Source: Octopus sinensis (Eukaryota). Taken from it: 64,000 bases of DNA. This document shows positions 26,874-41,490 of the stretch, in pieces (position 1 is the stretch's first letter; each line of letters begins with the position of its first letter). Under the pieces are notes generated by a model that saw nothing but the letters and a program-made list of their open reading frames with translations, did not search any database and was not told the origin of the DNA. Position numbers and translations under genes: made by a program. The stretch spans positions 66,786,464 to 66,850,463 of the forward strand of contig NC_043011.1 of NCBI RefSeq assembly GCF_006345805.1, given 5' to 3'.

Positions 26874-27217
26874 TATATTATTTACATTATTATATGATTG
26901 AATCCCATCATCCTCTTCTAAGTATGTTTTATCCCGTATATATGTACATAAATACATATGTGTGTTCGTGTGTATGTGTGTATTATCCGTGCATTAGTTT
27001 GCATATCTATGCAAAAGTGGGCAATTTCTAATATAAATATAATCATATTATAAATATGATGTAACAACTGTATCAACTGACGGAGAAAGCATGTAAAGTT
27101 GATCAATGACCTTCTACGTCATTAATACATTTACAACTTGTTTTCTTGTTATTCACCAACACGACAGGTGTATAAAAGATAAATTTACAGAAAATGTGAT
27201 TTTTCTCTGTACCCGTG

Positions 27218-28477
27218 CTTGCTGGTTTTAAATTTTGGAAATTTTTGCATTTTTATGTTTTCGAATCAATTTTCCGAGAATTCTGTTTTTGAATCATTTT
27301 GGAATCTTTTTTTTTTTACTGAATTTTTTTTAATTTTTGTTTATTTTCAGATCATTAAAATGGAATGCCAAGTTAAGAAAAATGAGGTTTTTAGAAACCG
27401 CCTACGTTTTGCTATTGATCAAGCTTCTAAGACTGCAAAAGATGCTGTCGAATTTATGCTGTGTAGTGGGAGGGTGCCATAGCGGAAAGAACCGCTCGTG
27501 ATTAGTATGCCAAATTCAAAATGGAAATTTTGATCTCAAAGACGCACGCCATTCTGGCCGTCCAGTTCAGGCTAATGAAGATCGATTAAACTAACTTTTG
27601 CACGAAAATTCTTGTCAAATCACAAGGGAATTGACAGAGAAAATGGAATGCTCGCACACTGCTATAATGAAGCATCTTCACTCGATGGGAAAGCTGCAGA
27701 AGTATGGAGCATGTGTTCCGCAGGCTTTAAGTGACAAAAACAAATATCAACATGCCACAATTTCCACTAGTTTGCTTGCTCGTCACCGCTCAACTTATGG
27801 AAACAAGCAACGATTTCTTTACGGAATCGTTACTTGCAAAGAAATATAGTACCTGCACATCAGTATGAAGCAGCGTAAGGAATGGCTTAGCCCCGGTAAA
27901 CAAGCGACAACGCGCGTGAAACAAGATCTTCATCCGCATAAAATGATGTTGCGCGTATGGTGGTAGTGGGAAGGGATTATTCATTACGAATTGCTTGAAC
28001 CGTCCCAACAGTCAACATGGAACTCTATGTTCAAGTGATGGAACGACTCAACGCGGCTATTCAAGATAAACATCAAATTGGCTGCATGGAGTTCTTCCGC
28101 TGCACGACAACGCCTGCTCCCATATCGCCAGTATGACCTAGGAAGCCATTTAACACATGGCTTGGAAGTGCTACCACACTCGCCGTACTCTCTTGATTTG
28201 GCACCAACGGCTTTCCACCTCTTTCGATCTCTTTCAAATGATACGAGCGGAATTTCGTTCAAAACTGATGCAGAATTGAGAGCTTGGTTGGATCAATTTT
28301 TCGAGTCGAAACCGGGTGATTTCTACCAACGAAGTATTGAAAATCTTGCTGAACGTTGAGAAGAAGTCGTAAAAAACATGGGTGAATACATTATTGATTA
28401 ATTAGTTTTTATTTTTTACTAAACTTTTTTAAAAATTCAAATTAAAAAAACGGCTGGAACTTACTTGCTAACCTAAT
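27218..28477 (+). mobile_element. mariner (D,D34D) element, decayed, left TIR mostly missing
   Basis: Transposase 27360-28401 with CVPQAL (WVPHEL-like), HDNA, YSLDLAPTAFHLFRSL; right TIR AAACGGCTGGAACTTACTTGCTAACCTAA+TA. Confidence 0.9.
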
Positions 28478-28519
28478 AGTATGAGGAAATTTCAGATATT
28501 AAAACCTGTTTTAAATCAC

Positions 28520-28770
28520 TGCGTTGATGCGGAAGTTTTTGGAGACATGATGTTTTGAAGAGGGTAAAAGAAGCAATTTTAGACCAGATGGAAATGAAAA
28601 AGCTTCAAGAGGAATTAGAATTGAAAAGATTTGAAAAAGAAATTGAGCAAAAAGTGTTAGAATGTTCTGTCGCTCCATCACACCCTTCCTCTTTCGATTA
28701 TTCAAGACATGCCAGAATCATCCCCCTTTCAATGAGAAAAGAGGTTGACATGTATTTCGAACAGGGGCTG
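28520..28770 (+). mobile_element. Gypsy-type gag N-terminal fragment
   Basis: Coiled coil then FDYSRHARIIP(P)FNEKEVDMYF with one frameshift. Confidence 0.65.
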
Positions 28771-29065
28771 TTTCTTCTGGATGCAGTAACCGTAACAATA
28801 TATGTCTGTGTGTGCGCGCGCTCTGTGTGTATGCACTCATATGAGTAAACCACTAATATCCCGTTCAAGAGCGTGAGAGAATTGATAGCGGCAATATCAT
28901 TAAAAACAAAATATCGTCAATATTTAATTTTACATTGAGTTGTTATAATATATTAGTCAAAGGACATATACTCTCTCATCATTTAGATATATCTAAAAGA
29001 GCTAGCATTTTGATAACGACAAACGATTTATAAAAGCATATAACAATAAGTTCATACATATATAA

Positions 29066-29136
<71 letters not shown>

Positions 29137-29479
29137 GCAGTGCTCGAATGTACTGTTGAGAGGTGTTACAAATGAACAAGGGCAGGGCCGTCGTGCTAGT
29201 CCATCGCAATCCCGTGAAAATACCCTGACACCTACAAAATGTAAAGTTTGGCTTCATAATGTGAATTTTGCGTGTTCAAGGAATGCGATCGTCGAATGTT
29301 TTGGAGATTTTACAGACAAGAAAGTAAATTTCAAATGCAGTATGGCCGTGAAAGCAGAAATAAGATTGTTCATTTTATGATTATAAAATGAAGTTTGTCA
29401 GCGGACAGCTACGGATGTCAAACACCTGACCCTCAGACACCGGCTGTATCCCTGCCATTAAGCTAGACGGCCTGTTGCC

Positions 29480-30620
29480 CATAATGACCAACAAATTTTT
29501 GGAATGAGACAACATTTTATAGACGATCTTTTTTTTATTAGCGTCGAATGTGTTTGGTATTTTACAGTCAGGAAAGCAAATTTTATAAGTTGTATAGCTG
29601 TGAAAACATCAGGAAATTTCGTCTCCTGTCCCTCTGCTGACAACATTTTTAGTCTTTTAAGTTTCAAATATACAATCTTTCTGTTATTCAGATGCCTGGA
29701 ATGCGTTCAAAAATTACTTTCTTTGTCAGCAAAATATCGAAGTGAAAATTGTTGATCCCAAGAATATTCTACTGCCACCTCTCCAAATAAAAAAAGGTCT
29801 CCAAATCGAAAATGAAAATTGTATGTGGTCCCTGAAGAAGTACGTGGCGCTCTCAAGTACATGAATCCAAAGTTTCTATGTATGGCAGAAGGCAAGCTAA
29901 ACGTAGGTAACTTCTTTGGCCGTCATTTTCGAGAATTCATGAAGGAACTCATTTTGAGGTAACACAAGTCAGTGTCGAGTTAAATGATTGGTTCTCCCTT
30001 CAAACAGATTTCCGAAACTTACTTGGGAATTACCCGCTTCACAGGATATGAAAAATTTTATTCAAGACCTGATTTCCAGTTGCCAACAACTTCGGTCTGC
30101 AATGAGTGTAAAAACGGACTTTTTGGAATCACATATTGAGTATTTGCCAAGAATTGTGGCAACTACAGTGAGGAAAAAAGAGAGAAATACTATTAGGATA
30201 TATGCATCATGAATCTCGATAATATGGCAAATAGAAACAGGATAACAGAGCAAATGGAAAGTCAGTTTTGATTACTGTTGGTCATTCAAATGTAATGGTC
30301 CACATGCACAGCAGAAGCGGAATACAAAGTGATCTTCTTCGTTTCGATCAATATAAGGGCTGACACTTAGAAGCATATTCTCTTGACATTCATTTGTGTT
30401 TGATATCTTCCTAACACTAACACAATATCTTCCCTTCATTGCTTGATTCATTTCAATAAAGTAACAATCTATTAAAAAATCACATCTTTTATTATAACTA
30501 ATTTTTATTTATTGAAAATTTGTACGTGATAATGCATTATAGTTTACATATTTGGGACCAGCAACCCGACAATATGTAAGATCACATCCATGAATAGATT
30601 TAAAATCTTATTTGTTACAC
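29480..30620 (+). mobile_element. Chapaev/CMC-like DNA transposase remnant
   Basis: IVDPKNILLPPLQIK, ALKYMNPKF..GKLNVGNFFG..FREFMKE, MSVKTDFLESHIEYLP, KWKVSFDYCWSFK resemble the VDP.KILLPPLHIK..MSLKIHFLHSHL..DYCW transposase; superfamily name is from recall. Confidence 0.65.
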
Positions 30621-30986
30621 GTTACATGATCGTAAGTGCATTAACTTAAACGTATCCACGAAAACTGTAACTGAAATACTAAGTCTCTGGCAGAAAGCAT
30701 GAATTCTGACATCATCTTGTTACTCATAACCTCTAAATCTATCTCATGTGTTGTGAATTTCTCTGAGGATATAGAAGAACGAACGATACATTACAATCTG
30801 TGATTTTCTCCTACATTTACCTTTAATATTTTTTTTTTACACAGACCATTTATATTCGTTAAGTATAGGCTTGGCGCTTATGAAATAATTTCCCGTGTTT
30901 TGCTGTTATATGCATGCCACTTGACAGTAAATGAGCCATGTATCAGATGTCATCCTTCATCATATTTCTGATAGCTGACTCCGATA

Positions 30987-31362
30987 TACTCTTTTGCTCT
31001 TTTACTTGTTTCAGTCACTTGACTGCGGCCATGCTAGAGCACCGCCTTTAGTCGAGCAAATCGACCACAGGACATATTCTTGGAAGCCTAGTAATTATTA
31101 TATCCGTCTCTTTTTGCCGAACACTAGATAACAGAGAAGTAAACACACCAACATCGGTTGTCAAGCGATGTTGGTGGGACAAGTACATAACATATATACT
31201 ATATATATATATATATATACATATATATATACGGCGGGCTTCATTCAGTATCCGTCTACCAAATCTACTCACAAGGCTTTCGTCAGCCCAGGCTATAGTA
31301 CTGAACCCAGAACCATGTGGTTTGTAAGCAAGCTACTTACCACGCAGCCACTGCTGCACCTA
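30987..31362 (-). mobile_element. tRNA-derived octopus-type SINE (internal deletion)
   Basis: Minus head GGTGCAGCAGTGGCTGCGTGGTAAGTAGCTTGC..GGTTCAGT, internal (TA)n, tail ..TGACTGAAACAAGTAAAAGAG. Confidence 0.85.
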
Positions 31363-32441
31363 CGATGAACTTTAGCGATTAACGTCATTTATTTCACTGG
31401 ATAATCGTCGATAATGTTTTGAACAGGCTGTATAAATTATGGTGTCCTTACGAATTCTGTTTTATACAGTGGAAACCTTTCACCCATAGTCTACCATATC
31501 CGAACACGCTGCTAATTCTTATAGCCAGAAAGCTGGGTCGCTGAAAGCGAAGCAATGATCACCCACTACATTTCTGGTGCATTTTTACTAGAACATTTTT
31601 CTAGAATGTGGAGAAAGTGTATTGCATACATACCAGTACTGATTTTTTGTAATATTGGGATTTAATTTTTACGGCTCTTCAAATTTATACACGTACATAC
31701 TTGCAGTAGCATAATAAATACTTATGAATGTGTAATAAAGTTACAACAGCTGTTTAGAATTCTGGCTCGATCCTAACCTGTATATGGAGAAAAAAGTTTG
31801 CTTATTCACAATTTTAGATCGGATATCATTTAAAATGAATTCGGTAAGCAATGTAGTGCTAGTACTTTCTTTAGTGTTTAAATGACCTTCTTTCTAGGAT
31901 GATATGAACATGAAATATATTAGTAAGGACTACAAAATAATTTGAAAACCTTTCCTTCCGAAATCTCTCTATTAATAATCAGTATTATCACTGAACATTT
32001 CTTCAATAGCTCTTTAATTCGCAACAGCTACCTAAAGCCATCAAAATTATATATTAAAAATGTGCATGTTGTTAAAATTACTTTGAAAGGAATACGCATG
32101 CGTATCTGTATTATGAAACTAGCACCTCATTCTCATAAAAGTAATTCCTGTGCATAGTAAGTTGTGTGCTACGTATAACATAAGTTAAATACCATTGCAA
32201 GTACACGGGTACTTGATGCAATTTTCTGCAACTGCCCTTATCGGGACCAACTTTTAACGTTCTCTTATAGAATTCACATTGCAACAAACATGCAATATGT
32301 ATTACATGTCTAATGCATGCCATTTACTGTGGACACTTCTATTTCAATTAATACCTTATAATATGACCTTAATAGGGCACCTGTTTTGATATATTCATTT
32401 GCTTTCTTGTAATTAAATATTAGAATAATTACACCGTAATA

Positions 32442-32790
32442 CTGTGTTGTCCAGAAAGTCCGTGCTGATTTTTAAAGGAAAGAAAAAGGTCAATAAATAC
32501 CTGCCATTACATTTTCAATCTACCAAATATGAACCATTTTGTGCAAAATGCGTCTCCATCTTTCCTTTAACTTGAAAATACCCTCTTCCCAAATTGGGGT
32601 GGTTTCATGGCAAAAAATTCACCAGGGTATATTTTCCAAGGAATTGAAATATTTACCATTAAGACAATTCGGCAGAGACATGAATAAGTGGAAATCCGAA
32701 GGAACAATATCTGGTGAGCATGGAGGCTGGGGTATGTCATCCCAGCCGAGCTGCAGCAATTTTTGTCTGGTTCCTAAGCATCAAATGCCG
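32442..32790 (-). mobile_element. mariner 3' fragment
   Basis: Minus translation QKLLQLGWDDIPQPPCSPDIVPSDFHLFMSL..EEGIFKLKERWRRIL plus terminal TIR. Confidence 0.85.
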
Positions 32791-33489
32791 AAAATGCACT
32801 TTCTTATCTTCTATTTTAAAGGGTTACAGAATTAACACAGGTTATAGGAACATAAACATTCTTCCACGAATAGCTTAAATTTTGTTCTAAATGGAGCTGC
32901 AGTCAAATCCTATTTTATGGACACAACCATGTTCTAAAATAAGTCGAAAGGTAAGCTACTATAAATCGTCACAAACTTTCCGGACAACCCAATACTATTG
33001 GAAAAGAATATTTTTCTTTTCCAGATATTTGGCATTATGGTTTATACTCATGATATTATTAGTGTAACCATGTCGAAAAGGTTTACAAACTATTTCACTG
33101 ATAACAAAATGACAACAGCCTTTATTACAGAAATGTTTCAACAGAATTATTTTCAATAAAACAAACGGATCTTTCAAAGTAATTTAGTTATAGTATATAT
33201 TGTACATCAGCGGCAGTAGAAATGTTTTGCTTATTCCACCAGAGTTTGCCTGAAATAAATATCGAAGTATTGTGAAAACTTACTTTTAAAATGAAGAATA
33301 CATTTTCAGACATGTACGCATGTGAAATTCTAACGACCTTAACTAAAGATAGATGCTAGAATACTCTGATCGATTAAAACACTTACAAATAAGAAACAAG
33401 GGTTTGTGAGAGATTATTTAAAATTATAGCAACCATGACTCTTCGTTACATTTATGTTAATGTGGTAAGTTCTAAACCACGTTCTTTAC

Positions 33490-33917
33490 TATTCTTTTGC
33501 ACGTTTCAGTCAGTTGCCTGTGGCCATATTGGAGCACCGCCTTTAGTCGAGCAAATCTACCCCAGGACTTACACTTTGTAAGCCTAGTACTTATTATATC
33601 AATTTCTTTTGCCGAACCGCTAAGTTACAGGAACGTAAACACACCCAGCATCGGATGTTAAGCGACGTTGGGGGAACAAACAGAGACACACAACATACAG
33701 ACACACGCACACTCACACACACACAAACATATATATATATATACATATACACGATGGGCTTCATTCAGTTTCCGTCTACCAAATCCACTCACAAGGCTTT
33801 GGTCGGCCTGAGGCTATAGTCGAAGACACTTTTGCCCAAGGTTACACGCAGTGGGATTGAACCCAGAATCATGTGGTAGATAAAGAAGCTACTTACCACA
33901 CAGCCACTCCTACGCCT
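33490..33917 (-). mobile_element. tRNA-derived octopus-type SINE
   Basis: A-box-like TGGCTGTGTGG and B-box-like GGTTCAATCCC on minus strand; same family as 30987-31362. Confidence 0.9.
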
Positions 33918-34631
33918 GAATAAAATATCTAAATAAAATGTCTTTCCTTCCTTGCACGATTATTCCGTCCCTAATGACTTTAGGAAAATATTCGTAATAT
34001 TCGTAATATGGAACAATCTATTTAAATCGTTACTTTGACAAGTACTGCTTTTATTTTAACAAATATAATTAAAGTAATGCAAGCTTCGTACCAAAATCAT
34101 GCTATTAAATTTATATCTGCTATTGAATTTATACCATTTTAAACAATATCGTTTTTTTTTTCATCAGAAGCATTTCTCAAATTCTTGTATTTACTGCAAT
34201 GTAAAATACGAATCTAAATTATATATTCAAGTATTGTTTTATTTTTATATTTTAACATCAACTCTATTCTGGGCTCACATTCACCTTTGACATGACTCCG
34301 AACAGTCGGAAGAATAAGGAAGGAAAGTAAATACATTGTTATCAAATATCAAAATCACTCTCTCCTGTACATAGTTCTATAAAATAAACATAAGCGTTAA
34401 CTTCACTGTCAATTATAAAATTATCAAGATGTTAAGCCTATAGAATAATTAAAGCAAATTCTATTCAAAGTAGCTAAAAATGAATATTTATCTATTCATA
34501 TTCCCTTGAATGTATCTTAACACAGTTTGTACTGACATTTCTATAATTAGTTAATAGATATATAAATATTTATATATATATATATATATTATGTATTTGT
34601 GTGTGTGTGGTGTAGGTGTGTTGTATGTATG

Positions 34632-34702
<71 letters not shown>

Positions 34703-34779
34703 TACGAATGTATGCATGTGAGTATGTATGACGAGTTTGAATGAGAGAGAATAGGATGAAACAGAATAGATATATTACT

Positions 34780-37700
34780 ATTCGGGCATTCGTCGTGAGA
34801 AGACGTACTTTTCATAGCTCCGCTCAAGTCAGTAGCCAAAGAAGCATATTCAACTCAAGCCAGCATAAACTCTTCTTGTTCTAGTCCAGAACCTTTGAAT
34901 TCTACAATTCTACAATCCTACTATTCTACTCTTTTACTACCATCGGAGGATAAATTTATACAAATCTATATACAACCTGGAGAAAGAAATATAAACCAAA
35001 ACTAAACCAAGACTAGTTCTAAAACTAGTCCCGTGAGTACAATTATTTTCTCTTGATCTGTATTAAACACACCGCTCATCCTGATTTGTACTAAATACAT
35101 TGAACTCTCCCACACACACTCAGATATAGCCACGCATTTCCATGTATATCGACACAAACTTTCAACGGTGTATTCACTATATACATCAAGCCATCAATAA
35201 CTGACGTACAGTGTATAATACTGTCCCACTGAATATGGCCAATAATATTCAAACACGGCCCCTGGGTTGAAAATGAAATCACTGCACTGATAAACGCTTG
35301 GTACACTCACCACAACGAAGCTAATGTTTACAGTAAAATAGCTGAAAAATTAGCAAAATAATCCTTTCACAGATATGTAAAACCATCGAAAACAAAATAA
35401 AAGAGATCGTAAGAACATTTCCTATTTTCCACACACATATATGGCAACACAGAAGCCAGCTTGACAATGAATGTAGTGCACCAAATGACCCAACTCCAAC
35501 GGTCAGGGGTCACTTCAACGACCCGATAGCCAGCAACAAACAATATCTGACCTAATTCCTCCCAACACTACCTTTGCAAGCCAGACTCACTATCGCAAAC
35601 AACAGCCTGCTTCTGCTACTACATTGGAAGCACCTTGTTTGGCACCAGTATCTGACCCGATTCCACCCAGCCCTACTGTTGCAAGTCAAGTTTCCCTGCT
35701 GCTACAGCAACAACAACAACAACAACAACACTCTGCTACTGCTACTACAATAGGATCACTGACCAACGAGCCTGCCAGAATAGAAAAATCACTTCTACAC
35801 CCACGTCAAACACCCTGCCATAACCTTTCTCAAGGCAACTGTAGATTCGGCCCCAGCGGCCCCAACAACAAGGGACGCTGTGCTTTCTTCCATCCTACCT
35901 TATGTCGTAGACTTGTCAAGGGCACTTGTCCATATGGTATAACGGGAAAAAAACTGCCCTCACCTTCACCCCAAATACTGTCCTAAATACAGAGTTCATG
36001 GTCCTGATCCCAAATATGGATGCACAAAACGCAATGGATGCACGTTCTTCCCTCCTAAACTGTGCCAAACTTCTGTGTCACTAAGGATGTACCTGAACCC
36101 AGAATGCAACCACCACCATCTGAAGGGCACAAAACAATCGTAAAATAAATATAAACAGCAACAGAGGAGATCTACGACAACAACAAAAACAAAATACAAC
36201 CACGTTTCCCCTCCTACAATCCAACAACGTAGACAGAACCATGAAAAAACACCAAATAACGCCAACATGAAATATGTATCCTCTGACCAAGTGGCAAACC
36301 AAACAAGTAACACTTTTTTACTGACTTAACTAGAAATATGAAGGCCGACCTAAGCCAGGAGATCCAACGAGCTATTAGCAACCACCTATGCAAATCACAA
36401 GGACCCACAACCTACTACTAACAAGAAACTCATAGACACACAGCTCCATACAAGAACTACCCACAATGTTACCACTTAACAACATAAAACATAACTTAGA
36501 ACAATGCAAACATCAAACTTCCCTTACCTCGACATTCCTGTTAAATGTACGTGGCATCAACCCATCAATTATTGCCAAAATGGAAGATCCCATATATAGA
36601 GAGTTGGCTTGCCGAAACGGCACATTGCTTCCCTTTCTTTATCTTTACTGAGACTCACCTGAACAACACCCCCATATGGATGCCGAGGTGAAAATAAAAG
36701 ATTTCACCATTGTTCATGTGGATCGCACAGACTGAAATAAGGGAGGGACAGCCATCTTTATCCATGACTCCTTTCACTTGATGCCAAGGACATATTTTCC
36801 AATGGCTATTGTGAATCTGTATCACTATTCAGCAAGGCCAAGGACATAATAATAGGTGGTCTTTACAGGCCTCTCCAAGCACCTCTAAAGAGCTTTGAAG
36901 AGTGCCTTAGCAAAATCAAGTCCTTCCTTCGGAAGTACAACTCTGGAAACCTACTAGTGATGGGTGATTTTAACCTCCCTCATGTGAACTGGCCCACAAA
37001 TACTCTGAAGTTAGGCAAATGCTCTACATCAGATAGGGCAGCAGCAGAACTGCTTTTAATCTAATGGATGAATATTTCCTGACTCAGCTAGTGCTCGAAC
37101 AAACGAGACAGAATAAAACGATCTTGGATTTGGTATTGACCAATCACTCTAGCTTCGTTGACAGTATTTCAGTTGAAAAAACTCTCCTCTCAGACCACGA
37201 CATGGTACTCTGCAATTTTAATTCGCGACATATAAAAACCAAACCAGCCAATCCTACTCCATGGCACTCATTTGACAACATAAACTTCCACAAAGCGGAC
37301 TGGGGAGCAATCAGAAAGGATCTGTCTTTCATCGACTGGTCTTTTACTCTCAATTCCACCCATATTGAGACCGCATGGCAGCACTTTGAGAACATTGTCA
37401 CCTAGACATGCTCTAAACACGCTCCCACGAACTCTACTACAGAAACAGAAACCGGCTCCCTAAAAAGAAAGAAACACTCATCAGGCGCATCAAAAGACTA
37501 AAAAAAAATCAACCAATTAAAATATTCCCACATACAACATCCACATTCAACAACAATTCAAAGGCTAGAGCTGGAAAAACCTCATCTGCAGACCGACATG
37601 AAAATCTCCATTGAAAATCAAAGAACTGTGGAGGAACAGTGGTAACCAAAACATCAAACAGAACCCCAAAGTGTTCTATTCTTATGCAAATAAGCATAGA

Positions 37701-39479
37701 ACCACTCTCTCACCCATTGGGCCCTTGATTGATGATAACGGCTTTCCCCAACACGATGCTAAAGAAATGGCAGAAACACTGTAGAAACAATACTGCTCTG
37801 TCTTTAGTGTTCCCACTGATATTGACGTAAGAGAAGCGAACGAAGTTGACTCCCAACATAAAATCTCAGACATAACCTTGACTGCCACTGACATCATAGC
37901 AGCAATAAATGAGGTCAAATACTACTCTGCTGTAGGCCCTGACAGATTCCCCGCTAGTCTCCTGAAGGAAGGTAGACACCAACTTGCAGTCCCTCTGACC
38001 AACCTCTGGAAAAATTCGTTAGACGCAGGATATATACCGAAACAGTTTCTATCCCTCGCACTCAACTATCGCCCAATCTCACTCACCTCCCACATCATTA
38101 AAGTGTTTGAAAGAGTGTTAAGATCAATGATAGCTGACTTCCTGGAGACCCACAAACTCCAAAATGCAAATCAGCATGGCTTTCACAGTGGCAGCGTATG
38201 TCTAATACAGCTCTTACACCACATTGAAGATATACTCAAAGCCTTGGGAACAGGTTCGAACTCTGATGTCATATATCTTGACTTCAGTAAAGCGTTCGAC
38301 AGGGTAGACCATAATATCCTACTCTCAAAATTGGCAATGTTTGGAATCCGTGGAAAAGTTCTACACTGGATTAAGTATTTCCTGGCAAATAGAACACATG
38401 TTGTAGTTGAGTTCACTCAAGCCCAGCGAAAGTCACCAGCGTGTCCCCCAGGGGACTGTCTTGGTCCCGCTACTCTTCATAATTTACATAAATGACCTTT
38501 CCAGTGTCGTACATCACTGCAAAGTGAAAATATTGAAGAAGTAGACCGAACTCAACTCCAGTCTGATCTATATGCTGTGAGTCAATGGAAAGACAGAAAC
38601 AAAATGCAACTGAACGAGAGAAAATTTGAGCTGATGAATTTTGGAAGAAATTCCTCACTAAAACAGCCATACTCTCTTCCTTCAGGGGAACCGCTCACAG
38701 CCTCTAACAATATCAGAGACTTGGGTGTAATTTTTGATGACGATCTCAGTTGGAGTGCACACATCAATAATAAGGTCGATATAGCTCGTAGGATGAGTTC
38801 CTGGATCTTAAGAACTTTCCGGTCCAGAGAACAAGGTGCATCATACCACTTTTTTCCTCCTTTGTACGGCCACACCTCGAATACTGCTGCCCACTGTGGT
38901 CTCCCCATACAAGACAAAACATCTCGAGGATTGAATCACCCCAGAGGGTACTCTCTAAACGAATTGAAGTCATGACTGCTCTCGATTATTGGGACCGACT
39001 TAAAGCCTTGAAACTCTACTTTGTCCAGCGTAACCGTGAGCGGTACATCATTTGTACGATGTGGAGAATATACCGCCAACTTTGCCCAAACGACCTGAAC
39101 ATTAGCTTCAAGGTTCATCCAAGACTGGGACCTCGGGCCATACGTCCCCTGTCCAATTCAAGATCACAGCATACATGTACACTGCAACATAATGTCTTTT
39201 TCTCAACAGGCCCTGTCCTATTTAACATTGTCACGAAAGAGATCAAAGAGGAAAAGGATCCCATCAACTTTAAACGGAGTCTGGATGGATTCCTTCAAAG
39301 AATACCAGATAAGCCACCCATAATTGGATACAAATCACCCAACAAAAACTCACTACTTGAATGGACCATAAACAAAACTTGTCTTAAACAGGGTTCAAAT
39401 AATCCTATCAGGTGGTGCTATTAAGTTAGACATGGCCTGGACCAATCTTTGGTCGAAACATATCTAAGTTTATCTAAAT
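34780..39479 (+). mobile_element. LINE family 2 (CR1-group), full length, decayed
   Basis: Candidate TSD TTACT at 34775-34779 and 39480-39484; ORF1 (GPWVENEITALINAW, polyQ, CCCH fingers), EN (GDFNLP, LDLVLTN, SDHD), RT (YRPISLTSH, DFSKAFDRV, VPQGTVLGP), 3' tail. Confidence 0.92.
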
Positions 39480-39488
39480 TTACTCCAT

Positions 39489-39522
<34 letters not shown>

Positions 39523-40699
39523 AAGTATAGAAGCCATCTTATCATGGCTAACCACATAGGGGAGGGGTGTCACTGTAGCTTTATAGACCCAAGAGATCAT
39601 CGTATCTAGCTGGCTTTAGACACCATATCAGTGCCCTTGAAGTATTTGCAAAGGGAGGCCATCCCTTCCTCGCAAGCCTGACGAGAAGCCTACTTACGAG
39701 AAATGAGAATCGAAATATCCATAAGACAGTTCATTGTGTAATTTCGAGATCAAATCTGCCTATTCTGACGCCGTCCAGGTGGCAATTTCTATTACAATTG
39801 AATATAATGTAACATGTGTTGTAAGTGACAAAAAAAGCATTTAAGTTGATCAATGACATGTTGTGTTTTTATTCTTATACATTCACCACGACGGATGTAT
39901 AAAATATGAGTTACAGAAAACCGCTATTTGGTCGTATCTGTACTTAATGAACGAACATCAATATTAGACATACAATGGGTTCAGCCGAAATTGACGATTT
40001 TATTTCTCCATTTTTTTAAGGAAAGTCCTTATGAATTTGTAACTATTGAACATCACCTTTAAGGTTATTGTTTTAATTGAGAAATGTTGGATGAGTTTCA
40101 GGAAGGGAAGCCAACTGAATATTGGATTCAAATTTGTGACAAGGAAAGCATTTTCGGTTCGTCGGATAAACATTCCTTTATAATTATCCTACCACTTGAC
40201 TTGTACATATTTTATCGATCCCTAAATGAGCAAATCCAAAGTTGATCGGAATGGAACAAATGCAAGTCAGTGGAATTTGAACAAAAATATCCACTCTCTT
40301 TTTATCTCCTTTTTTTTCTGTTTGTTTATTTATTTCTCTTTTTCTATCCTATTCTTTTGTCACCTTATGCATACTTTTCTTGCTCTACAATTTGCCTTCA
40401 TTCTGCTTGTCACCCACCTCAGAATACTTTTATCCTGTTCTGACAGTTACTATTTAATTTAGCTGACATTTTGATAGAACTACAAACTTTTATCAGCGAA
40501 TCCGTACCTAAAAGAACACAAAGAATAAACTTCGCTGAAGAGAGATAAAACTCTCTTGAAGTACTTTGGTGTAAAATGCATTTTACATTACAAATTTTAA
40601 CAAACATTTAATTTATTATATCTACTGAAAACACAAAATACTCCTTATTTCCCAGTACCTTAATTTCTCCCTGCAATTCTCTAATCATTTACTACGCAA

Positions 40700-40850
40700 G
40701 CGGTTAAATCGAAGGAGACTGTCGATTACCCCCACCCCAGTTTTCAGCTGGTACTTATTTTAAGGAACCTAAAAGGATAAAAAGCAAAGACATCTTCGGT
40801 GTTATTTGAACTCAGATCCTACAGAAGGACGAAATGCCTTATGTTTCATG
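40700..40850 (+). mobile_element. SINE fragment (second family)
   Basis: GTCGATTAC..CCCAG..CTGGTACTTATTTT..TTTGAACTCAGA; related to 21225-21365. Confidence 0.6.
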
Positions 40851-41397
40851 TGAAATAATCAAAGGAAACGACGTAAACAAGCTATCAGTTATTATTTGTA
40901 TAAATTATTGATAATTCAACTATTCAGATATAATGAATTTTAAACATAAACGAGTGTATTCGAGATCAATGAGTATCAATAATGGCGTCTCGGATATCAA
41001 TATTGGCGTATACCAATGAATAATAAAGCAACATTCATGAGACCAAGTTCTAATAAAACAATTTTGAATTGTGTAATACAGAGACTTGCTCACACCATAT
41101 ATTTGACAAGGATCAGAAAATATAAAGAAATAGAATCTTTGACAATGATAATAAAATGTTAACATTTTTTATCAGTGTCAGCGACTCGTTTACTGTATTT
41201 TGATATATCTCTGTTAACAAATGTTTTCCCCTACACAAGGCTACAGAAAGCCTTGCACTTTACTTTTGAAAATCTTTCTGTTAAAAAAGGTGTCACTGGT
41301 CAATTCAATTAACATCTTTAAAAGACCTCTGCATTTTCAAACTCACTTCCTTGTATATTTTCATACATGCGGTACCTTCCAGTATTATTTTGTAATT

Positions 41398-41481
<84 letters not shown>

Positions 41482-41490
41482 ATATATATA

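Larger units (their letters stand above)
31560..34330 (+). repeat. Ancient unit block B (copy 3), interrupted by mariner fragment and SINE
   Basis: Closest to copy 1, e.g. AACAAACGGATCTTTCAAAGTAATTTAGTTATAG shared with 3028-3060. Confidence 0.8.

Noticed and set aside
29183-29474. hAT-type MITE (CAGGGCCGTC..GACGGCCTG)
   Set aside because: Only ~9-bp imperfect termini and no 8-bp TSD.
33860-33917. tRNA genes (also 31300-31362, 55215-55280)
   Set aside because: These are SINE heads with A/B-box-like motifs but no complete cloverleaf.
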